NCBI GenBank assembly: GCA_951406725.2
Contig: OX597814.1
Span: forward strand, 111,104,001 to 111,168,000
Source of the DNA: Octopus vulgaris
Taxonomy: Eukaryota
Length of the DNA: 64,000 nt
Direction: 5' to 3'
This document shows, piece by piece, positions 1 to 13,299 of this stretch. The notes beneath the pieces are model-generated. The model saw only the letters and a list, made by a program, of their open reading frames with translations. It did not search any database and had not been told where the DNA came from. The position numbers and the translations under genes were made by a program. Each line of letters starts with the position of its first letter. The first letter of the stretch is position 1.

Positions 1-1431
1 TAAATATACAGATCTTGGAGATATTAATTGACTGAGTGGATATAATCTAAGCCTGTCAGTTCAAACATTTTTTTCTGAACAATATCTAAGTTTATGTTGA
101 TATGTAGTGAATCCCCTGCAGATGTACCACCACACGGTTCATCATGAAAGTATATTAGGCATACATAGCATAACATCTCATATTCCATCACTAGAGTATC
201 TGGTCACTTGAGGCTAGAGTTGTTTCTCCCAAATGAACACTTGAACTTATCACTGCATGCACACAATAGGCTTTTTTTTGTTGTTTTTAATAAACTGTTC
301 TTCTCATAGTATGTATTTACAACTAGGCTGATTGAACCATTATTGAAGTGGCAATACAAATTGATATTCTTTATTAAATATGTCACATTATCAACTTGGT
401 CTCCTGCCACCCTAATAAAACTCACAATAGTAGTTGCTCTAACAAATAAACCAAAATACTTTTGCAAAAACCTTTATCCTAACCCATTAGTTTTAGACTA
501 ACTGAATGGAATTGATTCTTAAACTTGAAATTAAACTAATCATATATTATTTCAACCCAACATTTTAGTTACAATAATAAAAATTATACTATTTTAAATC
601 ATTAGAATCCCTTTAAATCAATTAATTACATCAAGATAAAAAGTTCAATTTCTGATAGTAATTTTTGTGATTAAGAGGCTTGAATAAGTAAAGATAAATG
701 ATTTTCAGTCAAAATGACTGCTCTAATTCTAGCATTCAAATGAATATAGAAAGTAAAGTGACAGTGAATCCAGTGGACAGAAAAAACCCATGAAAATAGT
801 TGACACAGACACATTTGAATTTCCAATGTTTATACAACCACAAATGTGAAAGCAGGTAACATGTATAGAAACGCTTGTAAAGCTTAGTCTGCTTGACAGG
901 TAAGATAATTAGGTGCTGATCCCTGAAGGAAACGAGTATAAGGAACACAAGGGGGAATAACAAGCAGCTTTTAATCTATGTCATATTGTTATTCCAGCAC
1001 TAAAAATACTTTTAAGGGCAAACAAAAGCCAATTACCTTAATTAGATTTTTAAAGACTTAATGGTCATATTTACTGAAATGTTACAAACTGTAACCTCAT
1101 TTTGACATGAAGCTCATCTTTAATTTATTTCATTAATTTGTTCTCAAATTGATTACTCTGTCATCAGTTGTCTGATAAATCAAATGATATATTGTATAAG
1201 CTATAAGATGATTTACTTTTAAATATATAGAAACTTGAATGATTGAATTATACCTGTTAAGTCCCATGGAACACAAAACCATAATAGTCTGCCTCCTCAT
1301 CATATTTATCTATAGCAGTCTCTATAGCAACATTGGGCATATTTACATATATAAAACAGTTATCTAGACTTGGTAGACAGCATAGTAGATTTTGAATATA
1401 TGGGTGGACAGACATGTAAGTATTCTTTTAT

Positions 1432-1815
1432 TCTCTTATTTGTTTCAGTCATTTGACTGTGGCCATGCTTGAGCACCACCTTTAGTCGAACAAATCGACC
1501 CCAGGACTTATTATTTGTTAGCCTAGTACTTATTATATTGGTCAATTTTGCTGAACTGCTAAGTTATGGGGACATAAACACACCAACATCGGTTATCAAG
1601 TGATAGTGGAGGGTCAGACACACAAATACATACATATATATATACACATATATGATGAGTTTCTTTCAGTTTCCGTCTATCAAATTCACTCACAAGGTTT
1701 TGGTCAGCCCGAGGCTATAGAAGACACTTGCCCAATATGCCATGTAGTGGGACCGAATCCAGAACCATGTGATTGTGAAGCAAGCTTCTTACGACACAGT
1801 CACTCCTGCGCCTAT
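1432..1815 (-). mobile_element. tRNA-head CORE-type SINE (family A), near full length
   Basis: Reverse complement of GGCGCAGGAGTGACTGTGT...GGGCAAGTGTCTTCTATAGCCTCGGG...(TG)n...CAGCATGGCCACAGTCAAATGACTGAAACAA. The same sequence recurs more than 10 times in the window. Confidence 0.85.
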
Positions 1816-1869
1816 GGTTATATACGAAATATATATAAAGGTGCGTGTGTGTGTGTATACATGAGTACT

Positions 1870-2660
1870 CATTTAACATCCCCTTTTCCATGCTGGTATG
1901 AGTTGGACAGTATGACAAGAACCAACCAGCCAAAGACTGCACGAAGCTCCAATATCTGCTTTGACATGGTGTCTACAGTTGGATGCCTTTCGTATTGCCA
2001 ACCACTTCAGAGAGTGTACTGGGTGCTTTTTCTTTTCATGGTACCAGCACAAGTGAGGTCACCAAATACTTGCAAAGCAAAACTTCTGAACTGAATGGGG
2101 TGTGTAGTATTGAAGAAGGTGAAAGTATAATACAGGAACAGGTGTCTTGCTGAAGAGCAGAATACATGGCTTCCACAGTGGGAATGGTGAGAACACACTC
2201 TCAAGGTACAAGGTGAATATGAAGAGAATAGAGATAGAGGAACAGAAAGGATGGATGGGTAGGTTCACAAGAGTGTGAAAAGTGTTTGACAGATAAGAGT
2301 TAAAAGATGAGTTATGAGAAAGACTTAACAGGACCCCATTTTTGCTAAGATGGACAGGTCTTAAGCACAGTATATCCCCATTCATCTTGGTTTAGTGTCA
2401 TCTCCATCTCCATGAGGCTCAACATCTTGAGATTAGTCTTCATTTCATCTCACATCTTCCTAGGTCTCCCTCTTCCACAAACTCTGTTCACATTAAGTAA
2501 TCAGTACTTCTTTATGCAGCTGTTCATATCAATCTGGATCACATGACCATACCAGCACAGTCATCTCTCTTGCACATCTGATGCTTCTTATGCATTTATA
2601 CTTTGTTGTACATACACACTTATGTTGCAGATCCAGTAGAGCATGCTCCATTCATTTCTT
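1870..2660 (-). mobile_element. Degenerate RTE LINE 3' end
   Basis: Matches the C-terminal coding segment (WYGHV...GR.RK.W) and 3' tail (GGATGCC..CC..ATTGCCAACCACT) of the RTE copies at 27.7-30.5 kb and 59.4-61.3 kb. Confidence 0.7.
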
Positions 2661-3459
2661 CATATATATTTATAAAGATACATAATCCTCATCACCAATT
2701 AGTTTAACATTGATTTTACTATTTGCATGAGTTAAACTTTAGCAGGTGTTATAAACAAAAAAGATTTCTCACTAGATATGAAAAGATATTAAAAGCAAGA
2801 CAAGAAAATGTAATAGATATAAAAGACCCTTTAATGCAGTATCTGGAAGGCATCTTTAAAAAAAATTTAGTTTGAAAAGGAATAAACATAAATGGATGAT
2901 GTATTCCTTTTCTTAAAACATACACATAAACAGGAACAAATATTGACTAAGCAGAGAGAACAACAATGCAGAAGTGAAAATAAAATCTCAGTTAATTACA
3001 TATTTACAGAAACCTAATGTACTGAGAAATCTTATTTTCTGCTTGCTAACGTTGCATTATTACTATATAATGTCAGAGTTTCTACACTGCACACCAGCCA
3101 TATAACTATTAATATAAATTGATTAATGATGAATACACAGCATGTGTTTTCAGTCTTCCCACAAAAGTGTGTTTAAACCATGTTTTACTCTTTACTAAAA
3201 ACACACTTTAATATACATCTCTAATACCGAGTAATGCTTCTGTTAATTCTGTTACTTCTCGCACTTGCAATGTTATGCAAATTAAGGCAGACCAAGTTAG
3301 GTCTAAGTTTGTGTACATTACAATAACTACAATTATTCCCTCTCTATGATCAGAATTCTACACCTTACAAAAAGACAATGCTGAAGGACACAGGTGCAAA
3401 TGGTGCAGTAGAAATCTACATAAAATTGAAATCATCATGATGATAATCCTTTCTTTTCT

Positions 3460-3660
3460 ATTATAGGCACAAAAGGTCTGGAATTTGGGTGGTGGGGATA
3501 GTAAATTACATTGACCCCAGTACTCAACTGGTACTTATTTTAGTGACTCCCGAAAGGATGAAAGGCAAAGTTGACCTTGGCAGAATTTGAACTCAGAATA
3601 TAAAGACTGATGAAATACTAAACATTTTGTTCAGTCTGTTAAACTATTCTACTGCCTTAA
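3460..3660 (-). mobile_element. SINE family B (Meta/Sauria-like central domain)
   Basis: Reverse complement of TTCTGAGTTCAAATTCTGCCAAGGTCAACTTTGCCTTTCATCCTTTCGG...AAGTACCAG; homologous to 12034-12370. Confidence 0.8.
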
Positions 3661-3689
3661 TAATAATAGTAATAATAATAAATGAAACC

Positions 3690-4262
3690 ACTTTAAGATA
3701 AAACATTTTTTTTTTCAATGAGCAAATCTTTATATTTTCTGAGCTTGTCAAATTCTTTTACCAAAATATAATCACAAGGGATATTTATGTCAATCAGTAA
3801 ACAGACATTACTTTGGTCTTTTCCAACAATATATAGTTTATTAGCCTTGATGGTTCTGTCCATATGTGCTGGAAAGTCCTTCAGTTGTAGCCTCAAGGTG
3901 AGGCTTATACCACTTGTCAACAGTTTTGATTTTATAATGTTGCAGTGATTTTAGGAGCATTAAGAATGATCAAAAAAGGAACTGAAAATTATTTGAAAAT
4001 GATCCCTAGCTTACCATCCCTGCAAGAAGTGCAAAAGATTGTTTTAACAAAGTACTTCACCCGTATTGAGAAGAGCATTGTCACTGAGAATGACTACCAT
4101 CCATGTGAATAATATTTTTTTTTTGGATAATTTTGCTTGATTTTGTAAATGAACAATCTGGTGTTTTAGATTAATGTGCTAACAGAGTTTCTTTACCATA
4201 GGTATTGGAAAAATACTCAGCAAAAAAATGGAAACAAAAAAAAAACTCAAAATAATAATAAT
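3690..4262. mobile_element. R4/Dong-clade LINE 3' end (restriction-like endonuclease domain) with 5' inversion
   Basis: Minus strand 3690-3940 encodes DFPAHMDRTIKANK..IVGKD..CLLIDINIPCD..VKEFDKLRKYKDL. Plus strand from about 3941 continues VILGALRMIKKGTENYLKMIPSLPSLQEVQKIVL, then a 3' UTR and (AAT)n tail. Confidence 0.8.
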
Positions 4263-4490
4263 TACATCATTTCAAAACAGAATGAATTATGCTACTGAAA
4301 GCATATATAGCATTTTCTCTTAAGATAGCAGTTAAATGGCCTGAAGCAAATAACTGCTGATCACATGCTGTGTCTCAAGTTTTAATAATAAATTCTTGCT
4401 TACATTATAAATTAGTCAGTTTTACAGCAAGTGATCATAAAATTAAAAAGGAAACATTAAGCCATGAATTTCTATGCAAACAGCAATCAC

Positions 4491-5571
4491 CATAATAATA
4501 ATGAAATTATTGTGTATATTGCTCAGGTGCACTACTACTCATCAAATGTACATGTATAGTACATAGAATTATGTACAAAAGACAGGAAACTGAACAATGT
4601 ATGAGTCATAATATACATGTGTGCATGCAAATGGAGGGTAGGATATCAGGTTAGTGTTGGCAAATTTCAGGAAACATGGACGTTTTAAAGGATGTAATGT
4701 CTCAGCAGCTAACGACTGATGCAGGTGGTTTGTTGCATGCTTCAGCAACTCTGTGTGTGAAAATATGTTTGTGAAAGTTATGGGAGCTGTGCTGTTTTCT
4801 GACTTTGTAGGCATGCCCATATGTGTTAAACACATGGAATTCAAACAGGTGCTCAAAAATTTTGTGGGTGTTTACCAAGTCAGTTGTCAGATGTCGGAGC
4901 TTCAATGTATCCATGCCCAGAGAAGCAAAGTGTTCAGAGTTTGATAGATGCCTGTTGGAGGATATTCACTTGGTTGCACATCACTGAACAATTTCCAGGA
5001 TGTCAATGCTCTGAGCAAGATAGGGATTTCAGATTGGCAATCCAAATTCCAAGCGTGGTCACTTCATCTACTACATATGTGGGAAATTCTGTCTGTGGGT
5101 GTGTTTGTGGAGTTGTTAGCTAACTGCTCCTACATCATTTTATTGATTTTGATGAAACTTGACATGTGAGTAGAATCATGTCTGGAAACCAAGAACAAAT
5201 CCCTGTGGTACACATGATGACATCTCACAGGGTGAAGAATGCAGTCCTAGAACCATAACTACCTCTTTTCGGCTGAGAAGGAAGGACTCCAACTAGTAAA
5301 AAAGATCATCTTCCACACCCATTGCAGAGAGTTTTGCCATAAGTCTTTTGTGTGGTACAGAATTAAAAGCTTTAGCAAAGTCAAGGTAAACAACATCCAC
5401 CCATGAGCCACTATCAGTGATCTGGGTGGTGTCTTCAAGAAACTCAATAAGTTGATCACGGCAGCTGGAGTTGGGGATGAATCCAAATTGCAGGGGCTGG
5501 ATAAGACTGTGAGAATTCCAGAAGTTCCAGAGTGTTCTCTGACACAAGATTCCATCAGTTTGGCAATGCAT
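4491..5571 (-). mobile_element. CR1-clade LINE remnant (RT plus 3' tail)
   Basis: LQFGFIPNSSCRDQLIEFLED...VDVVYLDFAKAFNSVPHKRL RT motif; C-terminal LRHL..DL..THKI and FTHRVAEACNK; tail GTGCACCTGAGCA..TACACAATAATTTCATTATT. Confidence 0.9.
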
Positions 5572-5965
5572 ATTTGATTAAAACAAAACTGATCAATAAA
5601 TAAATATATCACAGGGCTGATATGAACATGTGAAGGGAATGGATCAAAAGTACTATATGGAAAAGTGTTTTGAACTAGGATTGTACCAATAAAATAAAAA
5701 AGACCAACAATGAATGGTAAGTGATAAGATCAGAGCTCTCGGGATGTTGGGTCTCACAGTAGAGATGACAAAAGATAAAACTGAATAGTAATATCAATAG
5801 ATCTGTCCAACTCATAACAGCATGGAAAAATGAACATTTAGACACTTGCAACTGATAACAACTGTTTTTTTCTGCTTGTAGTAACTTAATGCTTCTAACC
5901 AACTCAGCTGTAATCAAATCAGTCCAAAAAGAAAATACACACCTGTTTGGTGTGCAAAAGTTTTA

Positions 5966-6014
<49 letters not shown>

Positions 6015-6295
6015 TACATACATACACCATAAAAATGTTTTGATTTATTCTAATATTCCATGCCAAATGTCCACAACACGATATTTTGCATTCATTCACC
6101 CATAAAATGTCCCATTATCAATCTGGTAAGGTTAAAAAGTGATAGCAGGTAGGGAACAGCATACTGTTCAAAAAACACAGCATGAGTTTCTACTCTCCCA
6201 ATTGCGAGTGATGAATGCTCAGGAGACAGCCTATTACTTTCTATGAAATTTATCACCAATACCTTTACAACCTTTGAGATTTATATATATTATAA

Positions 6296-6330
<35 letters not shown>

Positions 6331-6333
<3 letters not shown>

Positions 6334-6715
6334 TTTTAGTTGTTTCAGTCATTTGACTGTGGCCATGCTGGAGTGCCACCTTTAGTCAAGCAAATCAACA
6401 TCAGGATATTCTTTGTGAGCCTAGTACTTATTCTATTAGTCTCATTTTTGCTGAAACCGCTAAGTTACAGGGACATAAACACACCAGCATCAGTTGTCAA
6501 GTGATGTTGGGGGGGACGGGGACAAACACAGACACACACACACATACATATATGCAACAGACCTCTTTCAGTTTCTGTCTACCAAATGCACTCACAAGGC
6601 TTTGGTTGGTCAGAGGTTATAGTAGGAGACACTTGCCCAAGGTGCCATGCAGTAGGACTGAAACCAGGAAGCATGTGGTTGGTAAGCAAGCTACTTACCA
6701 CACATCCACTCTTGA
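6331..6715 (-). mobile_element. SINE family A
   Basis: Homologous to 1432-1815 and 12862-13298. A second 3'-half copy lies on the plus strand at about 6950-7150. Confidence 0.85.
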
Positions 6716-6716
6716 G

Positions 6717-6757
<41 letters not shown>

Positions 6758-7664
6758 TGAACTGTTCCATGATAGAAAAAATTCAACCGAAAAAAGTACT
6801 CCATATAACTTAGAAGAAATAAAGCAACAGGAAGAAGTAATATTTGACAAAATGTGTAAAGGAAGATTACTTTATCAGATAACAAAATATAAATACCAGA
6901 CATTTCAATGTGTGTGTGTGTAGGAACAAGAAATATGTATGTAGGTATGTATTTGTGTGTTTGTGTTTGTCCCCCCCCCCCAACCATTACTTTCACAACT
7001 GACTGTGTGTTTACGTTCCTGTAACTTAGATGTTTGGCAAAATAGACTGATAGAATAAGTACTAGGCTTACAAAGTCCTGGGGTCAATTTGTTTGACTAA
7101 AGGTAGTGCTCCAGCATGGCTGCAGTCAAATGACTGAAACAAGTAAATGAGTAAAGAGAGTATATAAACTTGATGTAGACTGCAAACAGTGGCATGAGTT
7201 TTGGCTGCCCTGTGCAGGAGCCAAATTGGTTGTCCTTTATCTTATATATAACATACCTTTGACTATAGCAAACACACATAAAGTGACAGTCCTGTGTGGT
7301 CCACGTATCCCATGTGCTGCTACTATCTGCAAACTATATTACAGGCTACCAATCTAGGAGGATAGCAATTGAGAAAAAGAGCTGAAGCAGGAAAGAGGGG
7401 ACACTTTAGTTCCTCACATGAGAAAACATTTTAGTACTAATGGTGAGTAACATGTACTCAATCTACACTGCAAGACATACACAACTACAAAGTTGGATGC
7501 TTTTCTCTGTTGTTGCATGAGCAAGATGACATGGGCTGCAACAAGTGATAAACTGCCAAACCATGCCAACATTGAAAAACATATGTAAAATGATGAAAAT
7601 ATGTGTGTGTGTGTACACAAATGTTAATTTTTGTTGAATGAATGAAGAAAGAGTCCTCAAGACA

Positions 7665-7712
7665 TAAATTAAGACTCAAGTTTCATGCCACTATGATCTT
7701 CAGATAAGAATT
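7665..7712 (-). ncRNA. Degenerate minimal hammerhead-ribozyme-like motif
   Basis: Minus strand CTGAAGA-tcatagtggcat-GAAA-CTTGAG-TC. Stem III ACT(TG)AGT is the CpG-decayed form of palindromic ACTCGAGT. Stems I and II are eroded. Confidence 0.4.
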
Positions 7713-7739
7713 GTTACAACCTGGTGTGTTATTTATTTA

Positions 7740-8392
7740 TTACATGGAAAAATGTGAGCAAAAGAAATAATGTTCTTAAAATTATACACCTGGGAAAGTA
7801 CAGGACAAATTATTACATCTGATAAAATACAGAATAAGAAAATTTTTATTTAAAATATTGCAGCTAAGGATAAAATTTCAAATAAAATATTTAGATTTAG
7901 AAAATATTAGCTTCTATTAAAACTAAAAATGTTATTACAAGTTATTACTTCTATTTGTAATTATTTATTACTTCTATTAAAAATAAAATATAACTCAAAA
8001 TATTTTTTGCACTTTAAAAAAATCTATTTTTTTAATTAATTAATAATTAGAAATTTGAAAATAGGTTATAAAAAATAATAGTAGTACAAAATTAGTACAA
8101 TAAATAGAATACAAAAAATGAGTTGTATGTTACAGTAAAATCTACAATTATGTTACTTTGTAAATTAAAATCAAATAATTTTTAATATTCCAAGTTTATC
8201 CTTAACTGCAATATTTTAAGTAAAAATTGTCTTGTTAAGTAAAAATTGTCTTGTTAAGTAAAAATTGTCTTGTTAAGTAAAAATTGTCTTGTACTATACC
8301 AGATGTAATAACTTGTCTTGAACTTTTCCAAGTGTAACAACTTGTGCTAATCTTAAGAATATTATTTCTCTTGCTCACATTTTCTTATGTAA
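7740..8392. repeat. Diverged AT-rich fold-back (inverted repeat) element
   Basis: TTACATGGAAAAATGTGAGCAAAAGAAATAATGTTCTTAA...ATATTGCAGCTAAGGATAAA on the left is the reverse complement of TTTATCCTTAACTGCAATAT...TTAAGAATATTATTTCTCTTGCTCACATTTTCTTATGTAA on the right. Confidence 0.8.
8217..8292 (+). repeat. 19-bp tandem repeat x4
   Basis: (TAAGTAAAAATTGTCTTGT)4, perfect copies inside the right arm of the fold-back. Confidence 0.95.
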
Positions 8393-9201
8393 TCCATATT
8401 TTTTCCAAGCTATGCTATTATGCTAATTAATAATGTGTCAAATGTGTCAATTAGTGGTGCTGTTGATAATTTTTTCTTTACCTCAATGATGCTGGTGACA
8501 TATATTAAAAGTCCCCTAGGACTATATTCATAAAAAAGTATAGAACTATATTATCACCCACAAATTTGAGAAACAAACATAACTTTTTTTTATTTTTATT
8601 GCATGAGATTGACACCATGAAATTCCTCAAACTGAGCTCTATCATTTAAGCTTAATTAAAATATAGTTTGTTTTTAAAATAAAAGTTAATTATACTGAAA
8701 TCCAATTTTTTGCCTTACTTATATTTTTTCATGATATTTTACCTCACAACTTTTTTGATACAAATTTTTGTTGCTTGGGACCAAAACTACAAAATTCTCT
8801 ATGCGTTTTTCTATCATTGAAGCTAAGATAAACATATTTTGTTTTTAAAATAAAAAAAGTTATTTAGATTTAAACTTGATTGGTAGAGTTACTCTATAAT
8901 GTTGCTACAAATTTTGATGTAAACTTTTTTCTACACGACCAAATCTCAATTTTTTATACCAAAATGTAGCTAGGGACCAGTTCTCTTCAAAAATGTTAAC
9001 GGATTTCCATTTGGTTACGAACTGAATTAGTGACAAGCTCTGAAAGATGCCACATATGAGTAAATTGCAGTTTTAAGAATATTATTCAACTACTACCATA
9101 GTTGAATGATATCAATTGGTCTCATTTGTATCTGTTCACTGCTTTTTTTTTTTACATCTATTGTTTGGTTGTATTTTTGTATATTTTGATTTGCTGATTA
9201 T

Positions 9202-9236
<35 letters not shown>

Positions 9237-11099
9237 TACATACATATATATATATAATCATTCTGACACCCATTTTGTCATGCTTACAAAGAGAGAATGT
9301 CATAGGCTATGTCATCTTGCACACACACACACACAGCAAAAGAGAAAAATAACACAATTTTTGTACTAAGTCTTACAATACATACTAGATGCACTTTACC
9401 AAGCAATCTGACTAGTAATCACCATCTTACTATGCTGGAGTACAAAAGAGTGTCCTCTATCCTGTATCGCTTCTTATTCAGAGGTACTGGCCTCAAAGAT
9501 GAGTAGCCTGCAATGCAGCTTGCAGAGTCCAAGTCCCACTTGCATGGATAATTTTTTAACATTATTTCTATGACACATATCATTTGTCAATTAGTCCCTG
9601 AGTGTGCATATCTTCCTACTTCTCATCAGTTATGCATACAGTTTATAAAACCATATAAATTCAACTTCCAAAAGAAACAAAGCAAAGTACTTGTTAAATT
9701 AAGATTAGTGCCAAAATGCTATCTTAAAGGTAGCATTTCAGTAGTAATTTGTACTTATATATAATTTTATTATATAATTCTTTCATTGGTTTCATTCATT
9801 GGATGTGGCCACACTGAAGGGTTTAGCTGACCTCGTCAACTCCAGTACTTTAGTTTTGGACTAACATACACATATATTTGTATACATATAAAACATACTG
9901 AAAGAAATGTTGATACATTGAAACTGACAACATTAATTATGCATTAGTCTGCTTACCTATGTCAATAACTCCTATCCCACTCTATACCAGTAATCCACAA
10001 GGAAATTTATCTGCCTCCCTTTCTGAATTTAAATGCACACAAAACAGACATATAGGCACATACATCTATACACACAGCTATTGCCATACAAATTTAAACT
10101 TACACATTATATAAATTTTTTAGCTTGCTATGACGATTCATAACAGGTTCATTGGTTAGACATACATGCTGCTATTTCCTTCAATATGACTAAAACACAC
10201 ACACAAGAAGTGAATAGTCCCCTTATCTTTAGAATGACGGGGGAAATGCCCGACGACAGACAGCTGTTTAGGCACTTTATGTTGAGTTCAAATTCCACCG
10301 AGGTTAACTTTGTCATTCAACTTTCAGAGTCGATAAAAAGTACCAGTTAAACGTTCAACTAATTCCCTCGCCTCAAAAACTGTTGTGTTTGTGCTTAAGT
10401 TAAACATTATAATTAACAGTAAAGAAATTGCAGTTAAATGCAACACTACACAAGACATTGTGTACACAATAAGATAAATTCTTTCTCTGAAGTTACATTG
10501 AATAAAATAGAACTTCCTTATTTGACAAAAACTGACATTAGAACTCAGTGAAACTGGTTCGTTAAAAACCACTTACTACTTGTAATTTCATTGAGTTTCT
10601 ATTGTATTTATATTGTCATTTAACAAGGAAATGTTAGACTACCAATTACAGGAAATTAACAGACACCATGGTAAATATAGATGCTAATTTACCCCAGAGG
10701 CATCTGAACGTCTTAGAATCGAAACGGATAAAAACGATACTCCGATGCATTTGAAACGTTCTGTTACTGTCTGGTTTAGAACTTGTTAGTCGTAAGGGCC
10801 TACGTCTAACGAAGGAAAGAAATGTGATTGTGCTACCCTAATATATCACTTGAAAGTGAAGTGAGACTGTGTGATGTTCATCCTTTTGTTTCAAACATAT
10901 TAGCTCTCCTGCAAACAAGATGTAAACCCAAAAAGTATTACTGAAAACTTATTTTATAAACTTAGAACATGCTATTTTCAATACACACACATACATTTAC
11001 TTATTGCATACGTATTTTATACATGCATACGGATTATATACATACACACGCGTCACTATAGCGGATATTGGTGTGGGAAACCCAAGTTCTAAAACAAAA

Positions 11100-12000
11100 A
11101 ACCGTCAATCCATAAATGAAACAAACAAGAACCTGGACGCAGAACTTAGTGTGCCAATCTGGCTGACAGTTGTATAGGCAATAAGTTTAAGTACCAGGAG
11201 ACACAGGTGAAGGGGAAAAAATGAAAACAAAGAAATTACAGGCCAACATGGATAATAGCATGCTTAAATGTTACGTATAAACTATACACTGGTTACTTGA
11301 ATGTGTGTTCAAGATTACTGCCGAACAAAAAGGGCTGGTTACTAATGAACAGGCAAAAGGGGGTGGGGCTTGAGAACTATGCCCGACAACTTATTGAGCA
11401 AAGCTGAACTTAAAGAAGTGAAACAGTGCCACGGGAGTCTCCTAACATGATTAGACTTAAGAATAAGTTTGACTGTCCATCACTCATTGATACTAGAGTA
11501 CCAAAGTTCCATCAGCTATAGTTGATTAAACGACTAACTACATGGCCCACACAACTGCCACTGTTTAGGCACTTTATGTTGAGTTCAAATTCCAATAGTC
11601 AGAAACAGATTTAGTTATCAACGAGAATATTCCAAGAGGGCAGCTTATCTGCACTGGTGTTTGTTCTGGCAGTGGGCGCGCCTTATCTCTAATGTGGATA
11701 TAACGAGGTTACATGTTAGAATATTCAAGATATCAAAGGACTGGCAGAGCCGTGCTATCTGTAAGAAAAACTGTCTTGGCGCTCGTACCGAAGACACGCC
11801 AGAACTACCTTTAAAAAGGAGTGGAGGGGTTCTTGCTGAAACAGTCCACTAAAAATTGCAATTCTGTGGAGACTTAACGAAGCTGATCTATCATGGAACA
11901 AATGTCATGTACTATTGTTGAGGTCAGCTGTTCAGCAAATGTGAAAAAACACCTCACCTGAAGTTGTGGCAAAAAGAGAACATTAATGGTGAATGTTTGT
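11100..12000 (+). mobile_element. Highly degraded R4/Dong-like LINE fragment
   Basis: NYRP..IACLNVTYKLYTG and ITAEQKG (RT N-terminal region) at about 11230-11340; CTIVEVSCSANV (RLE-like) at about 11908-11945. Confidence 0.5.
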
Positions 12001-12033
12001 AGAACTCTTAGCTCTTATATCTTGGATTTTCAT

Positions 12034-12370
12034 ATAAGGCGGCGAGCTGGCAGAAACGTTAGCGCGCCGGGCGAAATGCTTAGCGATATTTCGTCTGTCG
12101 CTACGTTCTGAGTTCAAATTCCGCCGAGGTCGACTTTGCCTTTCATCCTCATGGGGTCGATAAATACCAGTTTCGCACTGGGTCGATGTAATCGACTTAA
12201 TCCCTTTGTCTGTCCCTGTTTGTCCCCTCTATGTTTAGTAAAGAAATATATATCTTTGCCTTTCATCCTTTCGGAGGTGATAAATTAAATACCAGTTGCG
12301 TACTAGGGTCGATCTAATCGACTAGCCCTCTCCCCAAAAATTTCGGACCTTGTGCCTAGAGTAGAAAAGA
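12034..12370 (+). mobile_element. SINE family B, young copy with duplicated central domain
   Basis: GGCGGCGAGCTGGCAGAAACGTTAGC (A box), GAGTTCAAATTCC (B box), GTCGACTTTGCCTTTCATCCT. CpGs are intact and the domain repeats from 12255. Confidence 0.9.
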
Positions 12371-12799
12371 TTATATACATATGCAATTCATATATATACA
12401 CACACATGTATACATACGCACAGCATATATTACATAAGAAACATACACACACCTAAGCATATTTATACATATGTTAGTGACGTTTGATAGAACACTTTTT
12501 TGATGGTATTTTTTTAAAATAGAAACTAATTAAATTAAATTAACGGTTTAAATCTTGTAGGATTCAATAACATAAAATGCCAGTCATATGTAGGGATAGA
12601 TTCCATAGACTGTAGCCACATAAAATACACCTGTGTTAGAAATTTTAAGAGAGTCGATATATGTGTATGTGTGTATGTAATATATGAAATGCATATGTAT
12701 GGATATGTGTGTGTGTCTATATATGCTATTTCTGGCATGATGGTGCCTCTTCGGTACCCTTAATTATAATTGTATGTGTGTATGTATACATATATACAT

Positions 12800-12833
<34 letters not shown>

Positions 12834-12861
12834 TATACACACACACACACATATATACATA

Positions 12862-13298
12862 TAGGCGCAGAAGTGACTGTGTGGTAAGCAAGCTACTTTA
12901 TTTCATATAATTTGCCACAAGGGCTCTATGTAATACCCTTGTGGCAAATTATATGAAATAAAGTAGCTTGCTTAGCAACCACATGGTTCCGGATTCAGTC
13001 CCACTGCTTGGCACCTTGGGCAAGTGTCTTCTACTATAGCCTCGAGCCAACCAATTCCTTGTGAATGGATTTGATAGACAGAAACTGAAAGAAGCCCGTC
13101 GTGTGTGTGTATGTGTTTGTATATGTCCCTCTAACATCGCTTGACAACCGATGTTGGTTTGTTTACGTCTCCGTAACTTAGCGGTTCGGTAAAAAAAGAC
13201 CAATAGAATAAGTACTAGGCTTACAAAGAATAAGTCCTGAGGTCGATTTGCTCGACTAAAAGCGGTGGTCCAGCATGGCTGCAGTCAAAATGACTGAA
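12862..13298 (+). mobile_element. SINE family A
   Basis: GGCGCAGAAGTGACTGTGTGGTAAG...GGCACCTTGGGCAAGT (CORE-like)...CAGCATGGCTGCAGTC. Contains a small inverted insertion at about 12897-12965. Confidence 0.85.
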
Positions 13299-13299
13299 T

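Noticed and set aside
56-146. C/D box snoRNA-like ATGATGA...CTGA on the minus strand
   Set aside because: No terminal stem or recognisable rRNA guide; expected by chance in AT-rich DNA.
204-467. 87-aa minus-strand ORF with an acceptor-like site
   Set aside because: No recognisable domain; could be UTR. Insufficient support.
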